From IMG/VR virus record IMGVR_UViG_3300045988_177034: 64,000 nucleotides of DNA. One strand, written 5' to 3'. Below, piece after piece: positions 62,301 through 64,000 of this stretch (position 1 is its first letter; every line of letters begins with the position of its first letter). Below the pieces are notes generated by a model that made no database searches, was not told where the DNA came from, and saw only the letters and a list, made by a program, of their open reading frames with translations. The stretch comes from a virus. Position numbers and translations under genes: made by a program.

Positions 62301-64000
62301 AATACAAAGGTTGCTTCGTCCTGAGTCATAACACGCTGATTCGGTGCCTGCGTCATGGACATGGGGCGCTCTTCGATTTGAATGATACCAGAAGCTTCCG
62401 GAGTGATTACGCCGGGGTCGATGGTGGAATAAGTTTTGCCCTCAACCTCGTAATCTGTACGAAGCTGAATAGCGTTTCCTGTATATGCCAGCATTTGCAG
62501 CTGTACATCCACGGAACTGTGCGGGTAATTGTATACACCATCATTGCCGTCGTGGAATACCGGCGTTTTGATGATACCTGTTACGGCACCGTCTTCGGTA
62601 GTGAACTGACCGTAATGACCAATCTTGACCCAGTCGCTCAGAGCATTACTGGTATTGCGCAGGTCAACCACGCGGTAATACCATGTTACGGATTCATTGC
62701 TGATGGGCTGATTGTAGATGATACCGGAACCTTCGAGAACCTTAGTGGTCTCGCCTTCCCAGTAACGGTAGTTCTCAATAGGTGTTGCTTCGATTGTCAG
62801 CAGTTCCAGAGGAACCGTTTCGCAGTCGTTCCAGAAATGAGGAGGAACCTTTGCAACGATAGGACCGTATTTGGTGACCTCATTGCCAGCCTTGTCATAT
62901 ACGCGGGCACGAAGAATCGTTTTGCCGCCTACGTAAATACAGGGAAGGTTAGAAATACAATACTGGTCTACGTTGTTGACTACGCAGCTGAAGTCGTCGC
63001 CTTCCTGCAGCAACGCAGTGTTGTCCTCGTACCGGATATGAACGGTATATCCCTCGTGAATCTGACCATCGTTGAACAACTTTGCGTCGCTCAGCTTGCC
63101 GTAGATACGAGCGATACCGGTGGTACGAACGGACGGAGAGCTGTTACCGCTGTCCTTAAAGACAGTGTCCCAGCCCTTGGACTTATCAGTGCCAAGGTTC
63201 CAGTCGTTGCCGTCTCCGGTACGATATGCACCCAAATCACCGGTGGTGTTATCGAACAGAGCACCGTCTTTGGGAACTTTTACATCGAAGTATTTGCTGT
63301 TCCAGTGACCTGTGAAGTTCTTGATGGGCTTCCAAGTCGTGGAATCAAAGCCCAGCTTCGTCAGGTCGAGGTCTTCCATCAGTTCGTAGCAATCGCTCAG
63401 AGGATACCAGTAGCTGCCGCCGTTGGCGAGAGCTGTCAGAATCTTCTTGGCGTTTGCTGCATTGACACGATGGACAAAGTGCGTCATCTGCTGGTCGGCT
63501 TGGTCAGCGGCACAGACTTCACACTGCTTGCGCTGAGAAATCCACATCAGGGTGTTGACGCAAAGCTGCATCTCCTCAGAAGAAGCGTGGTTGATTTGAC
63601 GACCACCTACTTCAATCGGCAAGTGACCAATCTGGTTCATAACAAAGTTGCCGGAACCAGCCAGATAGAAGTTATTAGTGCCGCTGCGTCCATCAACGGT
63701 GGGTTCATACAACTTGCCAAGTCCAGCATTTGTAAACACGCTAGAGCATCCATTGTATTGAACCCAGATGTCATCGAATGCGACCTGACCATTACTGTGC
63801 GTCAGAGCAGCAGGAATCGTCTGCCCTACACTGAACTTATAAGGCCAGTTGGTTGGTGTACGATGCTTGATGTCGGGGTTGACCATTGCCTCTTCGTATG
63901 TGAAACCGCCGTTAGAACGGATACGTAAGGAGGTGCTGCCGTATATAGTAGTCTTCAAGAACGGTCCATGGGAACCACCGGAAGACATGATAGCGGAAGG
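44360..64000 (-). CDS. giant cell-surface adhesin 2, 5'-truncated by the window edge (more than 6542 aa): beta-rich N-terminal region, Gly-rich segment, MBG repeats, long array of DUF11-type repeats, Pro/Thr linker, C-terminal transmembrane anchor
   Basis: frame open from 63988 to the window end with no ribosome-binding site, so the N-terminus lies outside; repeats of the form TIVKSADKT.A.PGEVVTYTVT.HN and MBG motifs KVYGDADPELKYT; C-terminal SNKKTGIGF plus hydrophobic helix plus HKRKK tail. Confidence 0.9.
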   Translation of the reverse strand, partial: PSAIMSSGGSHGPFLKTTIYGSTSLRIRSNGGFTYEEAMVNPDIKHRTPTNWPYKFSVGQTIPAALTHSNGQVAFDDIWVQYNGCSSVFTNAGLGKLYEPTVDGRSGTNNFYLAGSGNFVMNQIGHLPIEVGGRQINHASSEEMQLCVNTLMWISQRKQCEVCAADQADQQMTHFVHRVNAANAKKILTALANGGSYWYPLSDCYELMEDLDLTKLGFDSTTWKPIKNFTGHWNSKYFDVKVPKDGALFDNTTGDLGAYRTGDGNDWNLGTDKSKGWDTVFKDSGNSSPSVRTTGIARIYGKLSDAKLFNDGQIHEGYTVHIRYEDNTALLQEGDDFSCVVNNVDQYCISNLPCIYVGGKTILRARVYDKAGNEVTKYGPIVAKVPPHFWNDCETVPLELLTIEATPIENYRYWEGETTKVLEGSGIIYNQPISNESVTWYYRVVDLRNTSNALSDWVKIGHYGQFTTEDGAVTGIIKTPVFHDGNDGVYNYPHSSVDVQLQMLAYTGNAIQLRTDYEVEGKTYSTIDPGVITPEASGIIQIEERPMSMTQAPNQRVMTQDEATFVFETDYWKGLDDKGYSYDVQYKDPYDDDWQTLATSVTFGGTYTLNTVDNSQVNKVDIEAHTVDTLAKGKETASMIHDNKWLPADFWRPDGFTDQQCAQKHTTITLTLHAADYNWSGYYFRIVASYRFNEKRTKVENSYSAIGDADNAGFDTSRYGLLQVDAPFVSATMLEARALMMQEHNSEGDATGDFGQNYWSVETTQDQVDNWNASRGDSNNPLISDKNVAVYTTTITFSPSKLTESGNRILIPVLQWGFQDDLNSTSTEYKPVIAPININGYANNGNGLTTENYKDWANIVKTRYDINTDDSSVMKQVVDAIETEHSGSPFGKFTAYITIDDIKPVEDTMLNGQPFDINSAYAKWSITTSLHIESATNPMDFGTEHFYFQCKPYLEYIRGYNSTKLKSQTITNTLAHNFDYVNGGIDEDNTDTGAELWLDYNISIHANERNLVSCGVDKHSIFMYPELTIEAPNGLRYIMSRYQIVNEFPYGKHRDTSRTVFNQSDHLSVNLGTQYRGQMTTVTRYDMNGNPSQIDVQGKTMAELGISLDERGYLDKNNEDYAPYLDHGYALWSDYSYPKEIWQWFWRNAIQYHCYDMEEFDGTNEQVFFYIDEKNVRAADKSFKANDGNNPTSSWTAPFDATYQIDLWGAGGGNASMTDGISGNSGSHTIITADIKEGTTLYFVAGGAGGGGSGGGSGGGSTGSGSGGSGGYNGGGSGGVGAVFYDCYKGGGDPDHSYHSNSPIGFGGGGGATTVAFGLIGDGQLKNYGDGSPMFGVAGGGSGAAIISGNGYTTRGVGGSGSNNSGQRYHCALKEDKVFSDGYEYHHGDICGWTYSGTHSSDIKMQREDEEGYNNTLHENGGGSGWQSASTDGALRGSSYAASVGTNLDNGNIIIKANVTGANQLNDGAGSGIGQAGRAKIKVVDLNKRLYRRVGKNAMDIGFEDANECTPTRAKVMLTVANKMYDGNQLTVTAHVVWDGDTDAGIDEQEILRGVNITYSNNESPNITYPTNATTDSKKKPLVRTGSYTATATYTGKYEVTFCWENTKPGKTYVVRGESTTPDEYVSGNGNVVYFDIYPRPLHLYSYDNNKIYDNISTAKVSDIKIKAATADSGIVHGDTVALNSTLAYGYYCENYAPEDFAKTSFRESIHTGLHSIKTVTILELINNPFDNYYIASEDFTGTINPRPLYVHSQYHDVNKYKWNYDGNSNDIGNGKYLTDTTVYDNQNVTIEQAYEMILAGKQENIDITRYTKTEQDNYQNTVVNPNNIKVYDSYYNANIGEEGQGNIYIDNITNYDSVELNAQTYVGSYADSNAGEQLTGYDANGDNGVIKEDRYNGLSTNTIRHLPYSVKYSYSTTTPQVGQKMTVTIAVTNKDTGYGLAAQNNYVAPVAIQNLRLKSRFAGNGPITLKSTNGIRMNQQGTEFYIDTIPVGGTVNIEFEYTVQDIDDTNALVRDIEQNNEMYLVNNNYNDYYIADKTFSGGIYRTTLRAQVKSVSTTYGHGFKNIKLPYADDVYYWNKGSDSWLTMEGLVEDHKTAAQDDEKLDLKAKKTNNYQSKFVYNVVPSETTDAGSYPVSYIGLNEFNYDVLKNYVVTEDPGSIEVKPRKIMISVDESQKIYGTTNPFFNSTFKVLGTDDQGNELDVSDENNWTVLGDDATVDYNNMHLIGNDTIGNVVEVVNGASRTALAFKNGTSNLPYLTTATQSSDVIYQTDVPEEECAYCLEKYNEMHKGHEHYHDDDHPHTHVPVNGYPVSVNENTGYGNTLGIKTVTNSEGQVVSNYELVYESNVLKVHPRLIRIAALDATKAYGGTEPALKWTVDGEIIKPTSEMLGIKAVRDSGENVRDEGYTIRISYEKSTASNYIVETNDAKMTITPVPLTIVFSNQERYYGEDNKNDYTLTVVGLKHGDTADVALKNNDGATAKVLETAKNTLSDYINLTYNKYTDVGSNYLYGDKSYCEEHTILVPRENADGGYNYTIANYTPGVLTIKPRPMLLEVTGWQKELGDADKVQDFTLTDMITHNSVNGQQKLGAGSRITDASVVVNPDKVPIVFNLVRAEGEEVGSYPVYSTPQDRQIGNLAANDQKQLELDNPNYDFEYRYANDLIVKRQGLMITVDDKVRYYGDRVNRFYDGSTDYTYHVFKVENGEAVEITAEEAGINTNSFTFTHLDTQTSSSGTYKDCISLSGVHSTIYDDDDITITAGNLTIIPRPVSVIAEDNTKVYGDADPELKYTLHDGVRGEDGNYYIEYANGPVLTEKEGADVPVQPGDLEGTGVTREPGEDVWTGEHSFGKAYAINANDISPVSKDGITNYVITMENGNFTITPAELVVTVKGGYSKTYGEENPAFDADITGFKRDDTKETVLNGELGFATLCFDLSDAGKYIVTAGNNNEDAVNPDCVVLEDGEEHIGSTFEVKSNTNFEKNYVIRYVNGDITVNPKELIVRIDHKVKTYGTADPAFTFHYEDNAGNVIGLIDPENSPLNVELYRTKGENVVRGDVTAADSLNKWGTTLYDGDYLISAKYDTNNKNYAVTVYDGSLKIIPATLTVTVDGGYKTTYGDEIPEFTYSITGFVGRDVKDETGTGIKDDESKVSGTATMYCNDNAGNPVTNKTKVGNYPINYDRQQLVADNSNYKFIYVGGDLTIGKKPIHVKADDQQKVYGEKDPDPLTWTITDPEELVNPGDEDFFDITTKRPGADTDDGEQVGKYPITIDGTDPSGNYEIITTPGTLTIVPATIVVTVIDDEKYFGEDNPTPNVTITGYKRGDTIDDIGGKDALKTKTDAEKWSPVGEYPVSAKDSTFHNPNYDFVYIDGKLTVKPLIINIKAEDDRKTYGDNDPDKFNVSYTLTNEKDEPYTPDKDLRDYIDRALNLDAARVPGENVRTENPGYSIVPTYTEVDNIEIGTVTPGHFFIDPREVTITANSAEKVYDGTPLTEPGYTYAPELVDNDLLGIHDKMDSVTVTGSQTEVGSSKNVPSDAVIINTEDGSGSNANYIIKYVDGTLTVRDKEIVSIEKSADRERATDYDVIRYTITVTNATSHDLHNVIVKDTNNFVGVPVLSQANGVTYDAEKGEFVIAEISHLRDETHNNAVTFTYTYTVDPTDHGTNNNDILENNAKITDMKVVESYTENPDGSTTPNYTEPNKDWLVETPDVDVEIIRQNLTIEKSADKTEAGVGDVVTYTLKVTNTGNTKLENVVVKDTNNFMGEPVENTKLHFGYRVNDDGTWTITSLGVGKSVTITYKYTVVADDLANGKLDNIATATIPAREDPTIPEKPVDSNEVIVPLYYKHLTIVKSADRDHAYPGEVVKYQVTVTNDGTVDMTNVTVSDDTNALGMFIVSTGDGYTYNPETRLFTIPALNVGDSVTLNYLYIVQNGDPETIINVATAHAPKNPDTEIPGDKDIEEPSKPVEVDVLRDELTIVKNADKGFVDMNGNDTTVTYTLTVKNSGNTKLTNVIVTDTSNGNGTVEYTGDLMYDGNGKWMIPELNAGESVEITYIYTAVAEDMNLDNGNIVNTAVAEGKNPDNKTVTSDPDTETVHVGEVPDRDIRVVKTSLESSVMIGDTIHYTITVTNNGAMTAQNVVVRDFNDGIGEINAASSDKYTYDAATHSFTIAEIAAGEVVEIPVTYTVQEGDKGTVNNAAVEIPEVPEIEKKADKQTVVVGEVVTYTITVTNTTNETKTNVEVKDTNNFTGVITPAENTDVVSYIGDKVWNISSIGAGESVDIVYTYTVMNEDAPNTMLVNNAEMTYVTDSGKVKIPSNEVDIPVIPETPTPEHVGPTVVKQADKAIANIGDTVHYTVVMHNNDTVDYVNAALHDKNNFNGVITNVKNGTLESASAGSAVIKVGTIPAGKTVTVEYDYIVLNTDAGKGQDTYNELKNVATLHYWFADEDQTPENEKTKPSNEVTVKVPGSDVPVPVNPPEGKLKVEKFVDKKSASVGDMLHYTVKVSNVGDGELKNILVEDFFDGHGKLNYIPTVGVVVNGDGTYTINKLPAGTFMELRFTYVIVEGDEPEVLNAAVVTTPPVDPPLEPTKTADKKFAFVDEIVTYTISVYNPDTKAKTNVTVKDTNNFVGSINAANTDKYTYNGDNTWTIPEIGAGETIDITYTYTVQSNDEKLLENKADVTYSENGDTVKLDTPTVDVVVPDKGTVSIHKEADKKMAKPGEVVTYNVTVTNNKGFDVHDVVVTDANNFAGEITGVDGADYTFENGEFHIAEIAAGASVTLTYTYTVEIGDVPTQILENIATADVPGTNPEDPNNPGHGKDPNKPIDNDEKIPSNPVDVEVPGSETETKIPDLVLTKSVDKNEAVVGDTLNYTITVKNNGKGDAENVTVKDFFDGKGTLNFVAMDGVTDNGDDTYTIASVKAGESVTLNFTYVVVDGDAPEVLNAAVITTPEPPTDIVKSADKHIAKVNEIVTYTITVKNNSKDTLTNLLVSDMNNFKGEIEAKDGKGYTYNGDKTWTIATLESGKSIDITYTYTMQASDETVIENTADVRYSHNGTDYDIPSNPVEVEKPNDGVVTIFKTADKTKAEPNEVVTYTVTIHNGKDYDIKNVRLTDANNFAGKIEGVDGAGYKFTNGEFVIDKIPAGGDAVVRYTYTVQIADVPTKILENIATAHVPGKTPGDPDEEIPSNKVDVEVPGDGTHVDVPEGKLEIVKSVDKTEAKVGDTLNYTITLTNVGGQAVKNAVVKDFFDGNGVLNFVPMDGVTDNGDYTYTVANVEKGQSITLRFTYTVVAGDAPMVLNAAVVKDPTPPVDIEKTADKHVAMVDEVVNYTITVKNTTDKTVTDLLVSDTNNFTGAITSKDNAKYTYNGNHTWTIPSIKAGESIDILYTYTVKTTDPSTLVNEADVRYTTDDGEYVIKADPVEVVVPKDGEVTIVKSGDKKIAEPGEVVTYTVTIHNGKAHDITNVVVSDSNNFAGTITGTNGVGYKFVDGHFVIDKVAAGADAVLTYTYTVQIADVPTHILENVATAHVPGTNPEDPDTDIPSNKVEVEVPGSEVETEIPEISITKSVDKPTAKIGDTLNYTVTVKNGGNADAENILIKDFFDGNGTLNFKAMDGVTDNGDNTYTISTVKAGESVKLRFSYVVVEGDEPLVLNAAVIKDPTPPVDVEKEADKHIAKVDEVVIYTISVKNTTSEPVDNVTVTDTNNFKGEIKAENADKYTYNGNKTWTIPTIAAGETIHITYTYTMQAEDATVIENIANVTYSKDGTDYNIPSNPVDVEKPDDGVVTIRKAADKTKAEPGEVVTYTVTVHNEKNHDIENARLTDTNNFAGEIVSVDGADYTFENGEFTINKIPAGGDVVIHYTYTVEIADVPTQILENIATIHVPGTNPEDPNNPGHGKDPEKPIDPDTEIPSNKVDVEVPGSETETEIPVIEITKSVDKAEAKVGDTLNYTVTVANKGKADAENVVVEDFFDGNGTLNFVSMDGVADNGDNSYTISTVKAGESVTLNFTYVVVTADAPKVLNAAVVKDPTPPIDVEKDADKYIAKVTDVVTYTITVKNTTDETVNDITVADHNNFAGDVTAESSNRYTYNGDGTWTIGYLDAGEALDIVYTYTVETTDESVMENTATIKYTHDGEQYNIPSNTVDVKKPDDGVVTIWKSANKTVAKPGETVTYTVTVHNGKDHDIQNAALTDENNFSGSIFAVDGAGYHYENGVFTIDTIPAGGDVVVHYAYTVGIADVTTHILENVATIHVPGTNPEDPENPGQGKDPTKPIDPDTDIPSNKVDVEVPGSGTETDIPLEKSLTIVKSADKTKVNVGETINYRVVVTNTGEVDLVNVTVKDNNDGASHIEAQNGDGYTYNSATTTFTIARIPVGESFTLTYSYVAVDADAGHDVINVAVAKAPGQNPEDPENPGHGKDPSKPIDEDVEKPSNEVKVPVVKPSTPTTPDEPKPTPTPDNPKPTPTPVPTEKPKTPPIGWLDIFKVDGKPFSLFSIFTSNKKTGIGFAQSIVGLVAMVGIGVAALVVVNHKRKKDENDNKDNHKDDSAE
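45100..50550. repeat. tandem array of 5 or more units of about 1.07-1.1 kb inside giant gene 2, each encoding about 360 aa (three DUF11-like modules)
   Basis: a recurring nucleotide signature (ggaac(c/t)tc(a/c)aca/tcgac...ttggacggaat...ccgggaacatg...gttttc(a/c)agaat) appears at about 45135, 46240, 47345, 48415 and 49480; the protein units begin (V/I)KDPTPP(V/I)D(V/I)EK.ADK. Confidence 0.7.

Noticed and set aside
1-64000. Prophage call (capsid, terminase, portal, tail, integrase), a transposase or IS call, and any accessory SecA2/Asp1-3 call
   Set aside because: I could not recognise any structural, integrase, transposase, SecA-like (Walker A GxxxxGKT) or glycosyltransferase genes in this window. 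I therefore did not call a prophage, a composite transposon or a complete accessory Sec system. These may lie outside the 64 kb.

Overview
This 64-kb window looks like part of a large accessory or extrachromosomal element (plasmid- or phage-plasmid-like) from a Gram-positive, Clostridia-like bacterium. Ribosome-binding sites are GGAGG-type, promoters are sigma-A-type, and GC content is moderate by eye (not computed). It does not look like core chromosome. I call about 60 protein-coding genes; all but two (23048-23710 and 25407-25637) are on the minus strand.

Layout:
- 0-11 kb: short hypothetical genes, including an ATP-grasp-like enzyme, a radical SAM enzyme, an Api92/DUF1281-like protein and a DUF4314-like protein. 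Most are preceded by a near-identical promoter cassette and a conserved leader hairpin.
- 11.3-17 kb: one operon encoding a second-copy SecY, SecG-like and SecE-like proteins, a lipoprotein carrying a trigger-factor/FKBP-type prolyl isomerase domain, and a sortase.
- 17-31 kb: membrane and zinc-ribbon proteins of unknown function, a sigma-70 region-4-like regulator, helix-turn-helix regulators, a ParM/ParR-like partition pair, an XRE repressor, an RNase H-like fusion protein and a phage-type Dam methyltransferase.
- 31-36 kb: a flotillin (SPFH) protein and surface or lipoprotein genes.
- 36-64 kb: two giant cell-surface adhesin genes. The first is 7.9 kb (2647 aa). The second is more than 19.6 kb (6542 aa so far) and is cut by the window end. 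Both have MBG-type and DUF11-type repeats and C-terminal hydrophobic anchors. The second contains five or more tandem units of about 1.1 kb.

Two families of highly conserved promoter elements recur through the window. I found no rRNA, tRNA, CRISPR array, transposase, integrase or phage structural genes. All domain calls come from motif reading by eye; no searches were run.
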